Source: Blastocladiella emersonii ATCC 22665 (taxonomy: Eukaryota > Fungi > Blastocladiomycota). Taken from it: a stretch of DNA of 64,000 nt. Shown one piece after another: positions 38,251 to 47,976 of the stretch (position 1 is its first letter; each line of letters starts with the position of its first letter). The stretch spans positions 1 through 64,000 of the forward strand of contig JANHCV010000011.1 of assembly GCA_025594325.1 (NCBI GenBank), in the 5' to 3' direction. The position numbers and the translations under genes are program-made. Under the pieces are notes generated by a model that saw only the letters and a list, made by a program, of their open reading frames with translations, was not told where the DNA came from and searched no databases.

Positions 38251-38687
38251 ACGCTGACGGCACCGCCACGGCCGCGGTTCCTCTGCGACGTGAACGCGTC
38301 AGACTCGTCAGAATCCGACAACGACCCGGGCTTCCCCGGCGACAAGGCCTTCACCTCAGCAGGCGTGCCGCGCACAATGAAGGGCATGCGGGCCGAGCTC
38401 AACGAGGCCACGGAGGTGTACCACAAGTGCATGCGCGACGGCCGCAAGAACTTTTTCAACAACCTCGCCGCGCACCAGGCCGCCCGCGCCACGGCAAACG
38501 GCGTCGCATCGGGCGCCGCTGGTCATGGTGTGCAGCAGGTCGCCGCCTCGATAGCCGCGGAACCCGCGGCGCAGCAGCTCACAATCCAGCAGCCCGTCAA
38601 CATCTCGGCCGCCATCGTCTCGCCCGCCGCGGCGCCCGTGACGCAGGAGCACGCGATCCAGCCGCCCGTTGTTGTGTCGCCCGCCAT

Positions 38688-38861
38688 TGTCACGGTTCAG
38701 TGATCCGACGGCTCGGGCTGGTGGCGCGGGCTGGTGGCGCAGTCCCTCATAAGCCGAGCGTTGCCCTCGCTCTCCCTCTCTCTTGTCATTCGTGATACAA
38801 TCCTTCATTATCCGGCTAGTCATTCCTCGTGGCACAAGACCCTCCCCCTCGGCACCTTACA
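38688..38861 (+). repeat. Gypsy 5' LTR
   Basis: TGTCACGG..CCTTACA, identical to 43805-43978. Confidence 0.97.
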
Positions 38862-38915
38862 CTTTGTATCACCGTAAAACCCCCTCCGAGCGGTGATTTC
38901 TTCCACGACGGCAAA

Positions 38916-39992
38916 ATGATAACGCCGGCACAGTTCCTCGAAAAGCTGGCGACGTTTGACGTTGCGGCCATTGTCCCCGAGTACCAGCTCGCGCCGTGGC
39001 GCGACCTGGTCATGCCGTACGAGGACAAAGCCAAGCTCGTCTTCCTCGCGCTCAACGTCGCCAGCGACTACTGGCAACTGGGCGTGTCGACCGAGGCCCG
39101 CGCGGTCGCGGCCAAGCGGCGCGCCGAGACGGCGGAGCGCCGCGCGTATGCGCTCGAGGTCGAGCTGCGGCAGACGCAGCAGAGCCAGCCGCTCAACGGT
39201 ATCCTGCAGGGCGAGCTCGACAGCATCCAGGTCAGCAGCGCGCGCGGGCCGGGCGTGGGCGTTGATGGCTTCACGCCGGCCGCGATGCACGCGCTGATGC
39301 GCATGAATTCGGTTGACGGCGTCAACTTCAAGGTCAAGAGCGCCATCACGCAGTACGAGAGCATCCTCCAGCTCACGTTCAACGTCCCGGAGAAGTTCAA
39401 GATTGCGCACTTCCACGGCAAGCTGACGGGCAAGGTGCTCGAGGCCGTGGAGCTGGCGATGGCCGGGTCCAAGTTTGAGGACTACGGCTCGTTCAACGCC
39501 TACATCTCCCTCGTCAAGTCAACGCAGCCGGCCGAGAAGTCGGAGACCGAGTACGCGCACGAGCTCAAGAACCTCAAGTACGTGCGCGGCGCCATGCCGG
39601 CGCGCGATTTCGTCTCCAAGTTCCGCCAGACCGCGTCCGGTGCAGGCTACCGCGCGCTCAGCGAGCTGGCGATGCAGTTCTACCTGGTGGTCACGGCCGG
39701 CAACTCGCCGCTGGCCGCGGACGTGGCCTTCGCCTCGCTGCGCAAGGGCTACCGTTTCGACAAGATGGTCGAGCACTTCCTGGTGCACGAGGGCGGGGCG
39801 ACGGGCGTCGCGGCCGAGCTCGTCCCGGACCCGGACGCCATGGACGTTGGCGCGATTCGGCAGCGGGCGGCGGCGCACCAGGGCCGCGCCCTCACCGACA
39901 TCAAGTGCTACAACTGCAAGGGCTACGGCCACAAGGCGGCTGATTGCCCGTCGCCCCCGCGCTCGTCGTCGGGAAACGCCAGTCGGGCGTAG
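38916..39992 (+). CDS. gag: Gypsy Gag with CCHC zinc knuckle
   Basis: DPDAMDVG..CYNCKGYGHKAADC; first ATG after the LTR at 38916. Confidence 0.92.
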   Translation: MITPAQFLEKLATFDVAAIVPEYQLAPWRDLVMPYEDKAKLVFLALNVASDYWQLGVSTEARAVAAKRRAETAERRAYALEVELRQTQQSQPLNGILQGELDSIQVSSARGPGVGVDGFTPAAMHALMRMNSVDGVNFKVKSAITQYESILQLTFNVPEKFKIAHFHGKLTGKVLEAVELAMAGSKFEDYGSFNAYISLVKSTQPAEKSETEYAHELKNLKYVRGAMPARDFVSKFRQTASGAGYRALSELAMQFYLVVTAGNSPLAADVAFASLRKGYRFDKMVEHFLVHEGGATGVAAELVPDPDAMDVGAIRQRAAAHQGRALTDIKCYNCKGYGHKAADCPSPPRSSSGNASRA

Positions 39993-42900
39993 CGGAGCAG
40001 GCCGCGACGTCCTCGAAGCCAAAACCTGCGGATTTGGGTGGTACAACGGCGATGGCCACGGCGGCCGCCGCCGCGGATAAGATGTCGGTGCCCGCCGACA
40101 AGAAGAAAAAAATGAACAAAAAGAAGAAACAAAACATGAATTATAAGAAGACTAATGGAAAATCTGTTGCTGCGTACTTTGGTGCACTTGTGCGTCTAGA
40201 GATGGCGCAGGACCACCTGCACCTCGGCGGGCTCCTCGCGCATCCAGGGCTCCGCACGGCGCCGATCCCGACGTTCATGATGCTCGACACGGGCGCGCCG
40301 GTTAACCTGATCAGCCGCAGGGTGGCCGAGCAGGCCGGGCTCGTGCCGAAGCGCCTAGCGCGTCGCATCGACCTCCGCGGTGTCGTCGGTTCCGCGCCGG
40401 GCCAGCGCCAGTACATCTCGCATTACGTGCACGCGGCCGTGTCCGTCACGTCGCCCGAGTTCCTGCACGCGGCGGTCGCGGGATCCCAAACCGTGTTCGC
40501 GGACGGCGTCGTGCCTCCCGGCGACGCGTCCAAGCAGAAGCGCGTGGTGGGAGACGCGGGTCGCGCCATCGACATTCCGTGCCTTCATTGCTCGGTCGCG
40601 CGCTTCCTCGTCGTCGACTCTCCCGCGTTTCCGGTGATCATGGGACTCGAATGGATGGTCGCGAACGGCGCGAAGCCGGATCCGCGCTCGGCCACGGTCG
40701 CGATTGACGGCGCGTGCACTGGTCGCTGCGGGTGCCCGCCCGCCCAGCGCGTCACGGTGGCCACGGTCGCACCGCGCGTCGACCTCGACCCGCTCGCGTG
40801 GGACGAGGCACACGGCCCGCCCGAGGCGCCAGATGACGCGGCGCCGAAGCGCGTGCTGCCCGCCAAGTACCTCAAGTGGGCGCACGTCTTCGATGCCGCC
40901 GCGGCGTCCGCGCTCCCGCCGCACCGACCGTACGACTGCGAGATCGAGCTCGTCGAGGGCGCCAAGGTGCCGTTCCTGCCCGTCTACGCCCTGTCGCAGC
41001 CCGAACTCGAGGAGCTGCGCAAGACCATCGACGAGAACCTCGCGCGCGGCTTCATCCGCCCATCGCGGTCGCCAGCCGGCGCGCCGATCATGTTCGTGCC
41101 CAAGAAAGACGGGTCGCGCCGCATGTGTGTGGACTACCGCCGCCTCAACGCGCTGACGGTCAAGAACCGCTACGCGCTGCCGCTCATCGCGGAGCTCATG
41201 AACCAAGTGCAGGGCGCGCGCATCTTCACCAAGTTCGACCTGCGCGGCGCGTACAACCTGGTCCGCATCCGCGAGGGCGACGAGTGGAAGACGGCGTTCC
41301 GCACGCGCTACGGACATTATGAATGGAAGGTGATGCCGTTCGGGCTGACCAACGCGCCGGCCGCGTTCCAGGCGTTTGTCAACGACGTGTTCCGCGACCT
41401 GCTCGACCGCCGCGGCGTTCTCGTGTACCTGGACGACATCCTCATCTTCAGCGAGGACCCCGAAGAGCACACGGCGCTCGTCAAGGAGGTGCTGCAGCGG
41501 CTCGCCGACAACAAGCTGTACGTCAAGCTCGAGAAGTGCGAATTCGACGTGACGCGCGTCAAGTACCTCGGCCACATCCTGACCACCGAGGGCGTCGAGA
41601 TGGACCCGGCCAAGGTCCGCGCCGTGACCGAGTGGCCCGCGCCACGGACGGTCAAGGAGGTGCAGGCGTTCCTGGGCCTCGCCAACTACTACCGCCGCTT
41701 CATCCCCGAGTTCTCGGAACTGACCATCCCGCTCACCCGTCTTACGCAGAAGGACACGCCGTGGCGGTGGGGCGACACCGAGGCGGCGGCCTTTGCGGCC
41801 ATCAAGACGCGGTTCGCGTCCGACCAGTTCCTCGCGCACCCCGACCCCTCAAAACAGTTCATTGTCGAGGCCGACGCGTCCAACTTCGCCATTGGGTGCG
41901 TCCTGTCGCAGGTCGACAACGAGGGCACGCTGCGGCCGGTCGCGTTCCACTCGCGCGCGCTCAAGGCGGCGGAGCTGAATTATCCCATCTTGGATAAGGA
42001 GCTGCTCGCCATCAAGGTCGCGTTCGAGATCTGGCGCCACCACCTCGAGGGCGCGCAGCACCCGGTCGAGGTGTACACGGACCACAAGAACCTCGAGCAC
42101 TTTCGCACCATGACGGTCGAGTCGCAGCGGCACGCGCGGTGGGCACTGTTCCTTGAGCGGTTTTCGTTCCGGTTCACGTACCGGCCCGGCGCAATCAACG
42201 GGCGCGCCGACGCGCTGTCGCGCCGCGCCGACTACGAGCTGTTTGACAACCCGATGCTCGGCCGCGCTGTCGTTCCCGCGTCGGCGCTCACGGTGGCCGC
42301 CACGGCCGCGGCCAGCGCGCCGCTCGTCGCGGGCACGCAGGGCGACGACGTGCTCGCCGCGATTCGGGACGGCCTGGCGGAGGACGAGCTCGCGCAGTCG
42401 ATGCAGCGGAACCCGGGCAAGCACCCGTCGCTCACCATGGACCTCGACGGCTTCGTTTGGCGAGACGACCGGCTGTACGTACCGTCGGGCGTCGCGCGCA
42501 CCCGGGTGATCGAGGAGGCGCACGCGACGCGTGTAGCCGGTCATTTCGGCGTCCAGCGCACCATCGAGAAGGTGTCGCGCTCGTACTGGTGGCCCGGGAT
42601 GCGCAAGGTGATCGAGCGGTTCGTCAAGTCGTGCCTCACCTGCGCGCGGGCCAAGGTGCCGCGCCACCGGCCTGACGGCGAGCTGCAGCCGCTGCCCACG
42701 CCGCCGCGGCCATGGTCGTCGATCTCCATGGACTTCATCACGGACCTGCCGCGCAGCAAGGGTCACACCTGCATCATGGTCGTCGTCGATCGGTTCTCCA
42801 AGATGACGCACTTCATCCCGCTCGCCGCGCTCCCGACGGCCGCCACGACCGCCGACGCCTTCATCGAGCACGTGGTGCGGCCGCACGGGCTGCCCGACGA

Positions 42901-43804
42901 CATCGTCTCGGACCGCGGGTCGCAGTTCACGTCGCGGTTCTGGTCGGCCATGTGCGAGTCGCTTGAGATCAAGGCCAAGCTCTCAACGGCGTACCACCCG
43001 CAGACCGACGGGCAGACCGAGCGCATGAACCAGACCCTCGAGGTGTACCTGCGCATGTTCGCCAACGAGGACCAGTCGAACTGGGCCGAGCTGCTGCGGT
43101 ACGCCGAGATGGCCATCAACAACACGGTCAACGAGTCAACGGGCATGTCGCCGTTCAAGGCCAACTACGCGTTTGACCCGCGGCTCTCGGCCGCGCCAGT
43201 TCGGTCGGATCGGGTCCCGTCAGCCGCCGCGCTGGCCGAGCGCATTGCCGACGTCCAGGGCAAGCTGCGCGAGAAGGTCGAGCGCGCCAAGGAGCTGTAC
43301 AAGAAGCACGCTGACCGCCGCCGCCGCGAGGGCCCCGACTACAAGGTCGGCGACATGGTGCTGCTGAGCACCAAGAACCTGCGCGTCAACGTGCCCAAGG
43401 CCAAGCTCGGGCCCAAGTACACGGAGCCGCTCAAGATCGTGCGCCTCATCCGGAAATCGGCCGTCGAGCTCGAGCTGCCGCCGACCATGGCGCGCGTCCA
43501 TCCCGTGTTCCACGTCTCGCTCATCAAGCCGATCGACGAGCACGACGAGGAGGCGTTCCCGGGCCGCGCGCTGCCGCCGCCAACGCCGTACGCCGTCAAC
43601 GGGCACGAGGAGTGGACGGTCGAGGCGATCCGCGACGCGCGCAAGGTCAGCCGCAGCGTCGAGTACCTGCTCAAGTGGCACGGCTGCCCCGAGGACGACA
43701 ACACCTGGGAGCCGTACGCGAACCTCAAGCACCTCGAGCTGCTCGCCGAGTTCCACGCGCAGAACCCGTCAAAACCCGACCCGCGGAGGGGGAAGGGGAG
43801 ATAG
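39944..43804 (+). CDS. pol: Gypsy Pol (PR-RT-RNaseH-IN-chromodomain) in the -1 frame relative to gag
   Basis: LDTGA, YLDD, EADASNFAIGCVLSQ, HHCC, ISMDF/SDRG/YHPQTDGQTER, EEWTVEAI..YLLKW..NTWEP. Confidence 0.97.
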   Translation: MPVAPALVVGKRQSGVAEQAATSSKPKPADLGGTTAMATAAAAADKMSVPADKKKKMNKKKKQNMNYKKTNGKSVAAYFGALVRLEMAQDHLHLGGLLAHPGLRTAPIPTFMMLDTGAPVNLISRRVAEQAGLVPKRLARRIDLRGVVGSAPGQRQYISHYVHAAVSVTSPEFLHAAVAGSQTVFADGVVPPGDASKQKRVVGDAGRAIDIPCLHCSVARFLVVDSPAFPVIMGLEWMVANGAKPDPRSATVAIDGACTGRCGCPPAQRVTVATVAPRVDLDPLAWDEAHGPPEAPDDAAPKRVLPAKYLKWAHVFDAAAASALPPHRPYDCEIELVEGAKVPFLPVYALSQPELEELRKTIDENLARGFIRPSRSPAGAPIMFVPKKDGSRRMCVDYRRLNALTVKNRYALPLIAELMNQVQGARIFTKFDLRGAYNLVRIREGDEWKTAFRTRYGHYEWKVMPFGLTNAPAAFQAFVNDVFRDLLDRRGVLVYLDDILIFSEDPEEHTALVKEVLQRLADNKLYVKLEKCEFDVTRVKYLGHILTTEGVEMDPAKVRAVTEWPAPRTVKEVQAFLGLANYYRRFIPEFSELTIPLTRLTQKDTPWRWGDTEAAAFAAIKTRFASDQFLAHPDPSKQFIVEADASNFAIGCVLSQVDNEGTLRPVAFHSRALKAAELNYPILDKELLAIKVAFEIWRHHLEGAQHPVEVYTDHKNLEHFRTMTVESQRHARWALFLERFSFRFTYRPGAINGRADALSRRADYELFDNPMLGRAVVPASALTVAATAAASAPLVAGTQGDDVLAAIRDGLAEDELAQSMQRNPGKHPSLTMDLDGFVWRDDRLYVPSGVARTRVIEEAHATRVAGHFGVQRTIEKVSRSYWWPGMRKVIERFVKSCLTCARAKVPRHRPDGELQPLPTPPRPWSSISMDFITDLPRSKGHTCIMVVVDRFSKMTHFIPLAALPTAATTADAFIEHVVRPHGLPDDIVSDRGSQFTSRFWSAMCESLEIKAKLSTAYHPQTDGQTERMNQTLEVYLRMFANEDQSNWAELLRYAEMAINNTVNESTGMSPFKANYAFDPRLSAAPVRSDRVPSAAALAERIADVQGKLREKVERAKELYKKHADRRRREGPDYKVGDMVLLSTKNLRVNVPKAKLGPKYTEPLKIVRLIRKSAVELELPPTMARVHPVFHVSLIKPIDEHDEEAFPGRALPPPTPYAVNGHEEWTVEAIRDARKVSRSVEYLLKWHGCPEDDNTWEPYANLKHLELLAEFHAQNPSKPDPRRGKGR

Positions 43805-43978
43805 TGTCACGGTTCAGTGATCCGACGGCTCGGGCTGGTGGCGCGGGCTGGTGGCGCAGTCCCTCATAAGCCGAGCGTTGCCCTCGCTCTCCCTCTCTCT
43901 TGTCATTCGTGATACAATCCTTCATTATCCGGCTAGTCATTCCTCGTGGCACAAGACCCTCCCCCTCGGCACCTTACA
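43805..43978 (+). repeat. Gypsy 3' LTR
   Basis: Identical to the 5' LTR; preceded by the polypurine tract GAGGGGGAAGGGGAGATAG. Confidence 0.97.
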
Positions 43979-44821
43979 GCCATCAACTCTTCTGCCAACA
44001 CCAAGATCGCCGGCGGCAAGAACACTGGCACATACGGCGGCTTCCCGAGCTGCGCGGACCCCATTTGGGCGCACTTGTTCATCGCGATTGGCAGCATTGA
44101 CAAGATTGTCATGGGGGTGCCGGACTTGAACTCCGTGTTGGTTGGGTGCGACATGGACGACGCGGCCACAGCTGCGGCTCCGACAACCATCGCGCTCGCG
44201 GCGTGCACGCCCACCGCCATTGGTGACAACCAAGCCGGTGTCCCGACGTCTACCGCCAACGCGACGAAGCGCACGGCGGCGACTGCTGCCGCAGCCGCCG
44301 AGGAGGAGCACAAGGAGGGCGTCGTCAATGACGAGCCCAAGGCGCAGCCCAAGTGGCGCCGCAGCGGCCGCCTGTCCTTGTCGACCTGATGCACTCGCTC
44401 CCGCCCCAACTCTGTTCATTCCCCTCGCGCAGACTCGCGCAGACTCTTGTTTCCTCCCGCACAAAGATATACTTTTCGTTCTCCTACGTTCACATCGCTC
44501 CGATCCTCTTGAACTCAGAAGCTTGCAAAGCACGCGAGTCGGTGCAACGCGCTCCGCTTGCCCTTGAGTGGTTGGCGCCGCGCGGTAGTCTCGGTTCCAG
44601 ACTCCAGGGCAACGTGACCTTCGAGGCGTTGTCAAGTCAATCGCCGCCGCGTGACCCGCGGGCGCTCGTTCGGATCGACGGTGCTGGAGTCTGGTTGCAG
44701 TTTGCGTGGCGCCACGCCTCGCCTGTGCTTTCGCGCGCCCGAAACCCCCCCCCCCGCGCGCTCTGATCGCGCTCTAGCTCCCCAACCGCCTGACCTATCG
44801 CCCTCGGCGTACACTAATAAA

Positions 44822-47771
44822 ATGGAGTACTCGATGCAACCTATCGATCCATGTCAGTTGCAAGGGGTCAAGTCCCGCGCGGGACTCGCGGGAGTCGCGA
44901 GAGATAATTCGGCTAGGGTCGGGCCCGCTGCGTCGATGCTCGCCCGACTGCCCCGCCCACTTCGCCCGTCTCCTCCCGCTCTCCTACTGCATCATGAAAG
45001 TCGAAACGCACTCTATCGCACTGCCATGTCAGCTAATGCAATGGAATCCGCGGCGCAGGCCCGACCGGAGGGCCTGCTCCCGCACCATGACCAGATGGTC
45101 GAGACCGTCCTCTCGCTGGGTATCGACGAACCTCGACTCGAGCAGGAGCAGGTTCTCTCGCACCTGCTCGAGGGCCGCAGCGTGGTCCTCACTGCGCGGA
45201 CCGGGTTCGGCAAGTCGCTCATCTTCCACGCGATGGCGCAGCTGCTTGATGGAGAGATCGTCGTGGTCTTGTCCCCTCACCGCTCGCTTTTTCGAGATCA
45301 GCTGAGTCAGACGCGCGCGAAGGGCATCGAGGCTGCATCGTTTCACTCGGACGTTGCACCGAGCGACCGTGCGACGTCCCTGGCTCGACTGTTTAATGGT
45401 GAGGTCCGGATTGCCTTCATGACGCCCGAGTACTACGTGAACAGTTTCCACGCCGCTTGGATCTCGGAGCGACCCGCCACTCGCGTGGGCCTCATCGTCC
45501 TTGATGAGGCGCACCTCTTCGCGATCTGGTACGCAGTCTGAGCCTGCGTTCTCGTCGTTCGGAACGCATCGGCACGATGAACACGATGCTGAACGTTCTT
45601 CTCGCTCACTAGGGGCGATTCTACCTCGCAGTTCCGGCCCGAGTGCAAGCAACTGTTCAAGGCCCGCTCGCTGTTCCCCAATGCGCCTGTACTCATCATG
45701 TCGGCCACTCTTGGGAAAAAGCTGGAGCACAACATCACTCGAACTCAGCTTCAGTTTGGCAGTGACGATTACGTGCTTGTTCGCGGTCCGCTTGACCGCC
45801 CCGAGATTTACATTCGTCTCGTCCGCTCCAAGCATGCGACGACCATTCGGGATCCGGGCTCTTACGTATGCGTCTGCGCGACATCGCAACGCATCGCTCA
45901 TTCACTGACCACTAAGTCGCGCGTAGCATTACGAGTGGCTGCGCGACTACGTCATGTCTCTCAACCCTGCGAACGCGGCCAGCAAACCGCGCATTCTCGT
46001 GTACTTGTACGAACCGTTACTTGTCGTTGCCTTCTACGGCTACATGTGTGCGCTGAACCCGACCGCGGCCCCGCTTTTCGCGCATTACCACGGCGATCTC
46101 AATTCCGCGCACCACGAATCGGTGTACAACGACATGACAAGCAACGTTGAGCATGTTCAACCGCGAATTCTTTTCTCAACGCACGCGTTTGGCACCGGTG
46201 TCCATGTTCCCAACGTCCGCTGTGTCGTTTCGATCGGTAATACGCCATCCGGGGAGGAGGCGATGCAGATCATGGGCCGCGCAGGCCGCGATGGAAACCC
46301 GGCCGAGTTCATCATATACTATGCTGCTCGCAGCGCGGCTAGTGCAGCCCCGCCAGCGGTCAGCTCCTCTACTTCAACCAGCAACAAACCGATGGACTTT
46401 GTTGTTGACGCCTTCTTCCAGGGCCATGGCATCGGCGCTCCAAACGAGGACGCCCCGCCACCAAAGAAGCGTCCAAACCTCGAGTCTGAGCCCGCGCATC
46501 TTGTCTCTGAGCCCGCGGATGCAGTTGCCTCTGATCTTGCGGTTTCTGCTCCCGCTCTGCCTCTGGATCTTGAGCAACCTTCTAACTCCAGCGAGAGCTC
46601 CCCTGTTTGCGCACGTTCCGTCTTGCTTGAAATGATCAATGGAGTTCCGTCCAGCGATCATCTTGACCCGAACATTTGCTGCTCGACCCATGGCCATCCG
46701 CGCATATCTCCGATTTACAACTTCCATGTTGCAAGCGAAGATGCTCTGCATCGCTCGTTCGATTCGCTTCCTCCACCTCCATCATCCCCCCCTGCACCAA
46801 AACCAAAGGCTCCTCGTTCTCGAGTGGCTGGGCGAAAGCTCAAGGGGTTGGAATCGCTCCGCCATTTCTTTTCGAGCATCGTTGACCTGACAAACGAGCT
46901 TGGCATTGAGTTGTCCGACTGCAACGGTCTCAACATGTTTAATGTCGCCGACTTTTTGTCGGACAAGGAACTGGAACGGATAACCGCCAATGCGCATGTC
47001 CTGGCCGTCGTGAATCCCGCGTTTGATGCAGATATCCTGACCCGCGACTATTTGACTCCAGATTCTTCGCTTTTCGGACCTGACCATGTGGGACGCCTTC
47101 TCGAGCGCATTCGGCTGGCTTACACCGGGGCGTTGCCCAAGGTCGTGCCTAAGAAGGCCACCAAAAAGGCTGCTACATCGCAGCCAACCGAGGTTGCAAC
47201 AACGCAGCCGACCACGCGAACGGGCAAGGGCAAGCGGGGAGGCAAAGCCCAGCCTAAAGCGACCCAGGTCGTCGACCGCATGGATGTTGACGATCCGATT
47301 GCTCCTGAGCCGCAACTATCGGTGCCAGTTCCACTCTCCACGCCGCCGTCACTGTCGCCCGCAGTCTCAAACCCCGCTCCAGCTCCAGGATACGCGCCCC
47401 ACTTTGCTCCCACGAACATCCCGCTTCCTCAAGCTGCACCCCCTGCGACCTGGATTCCTTCTCATGCAGGCACGCTTCCCGCCCATCCGTATCCTCAACA
47501 ATTCGCAGCTCCCCATCCTGCCTCAGCTCCAGCTCCGTATATTTCGGCTAGTTCTGGCTATCCGATGTCTCCCCCGCCAACTCCTCGCTTCCCCGCCATC
47601 GACTTTTCGCCCGCAATGGCTCGGTACTTGTCCGTCGTGCACGGGATCAACGTTGCTACTCCTCAGCAAACTCCGATCGGCAATACTCAAGCTCAAGCGC
47701 CGCCGTTTACGCACGGCGCTGCCGCGGACCAAGCAACCCAGCACCACCATCCCGCGCCACCTGGCGCATGA
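44822..47771 (+). CDS. Element-encoded RecQ-like SF2 helicase, ~934 aa; introns 45529-45612 and 45866-45926
   Basis: ARTGFGKS, TPE, DEAH..W|GD..FRPE, SAT, LDRPEI, FSTHAFGTGVHVPNVRCVV, QIMGRAGRDG, C..R..LL..CC zinc remnant, Pro-rich tail. No stops after splicing. Confidence 0.9.
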
Positions 47772-47976
47772 GCCATGCATCTAGCCCAAATAAAAGGCTT
47801 CTATCATCATTTATTCTTGATTCGTCGATTTTGAGTTAATTTTTGCGACCGAGTGTCTCGGTTCGTGCGCGTGCGAGACGCGTCGATCAAACACGTGACT
47901 GCTGCGAGACACTTCTCACTTCACTCGCCGAGGCGCGCGCGTCCGCGGAACGATGGAAAATTCATATGTATTGCTC

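Larger units (their letters stand above)
38688..43978 (+). mobile_element. Intact Ty3/Gypsy chromovirus, 5291 bp
   Basis: Two identical 174-bp TGT..ACA LTRs, GCCAT TSD on both sides (38683-87, 43979-83), purine tract before the 3' LTR, and stop-free gag and pol. Confidence 0.98.
38290..44389 (+). pseudogene. Unknown ORF (~267 aa when rejoined) split by the Gypsy insertion
   Basis: Removing 38688-43983 (element plus one TSD copy) joins ..VVSPA-I-NSSANTK.. in frame to the stop at 44389. Confidence 0.55.

Noticed and set aside
44822-47771. Host SGS1/RecQ gene
   Set aside because: No HRDC or clear RQC winged helix seen, motifs are divergent, and it lies inside TIRs with a TSD.
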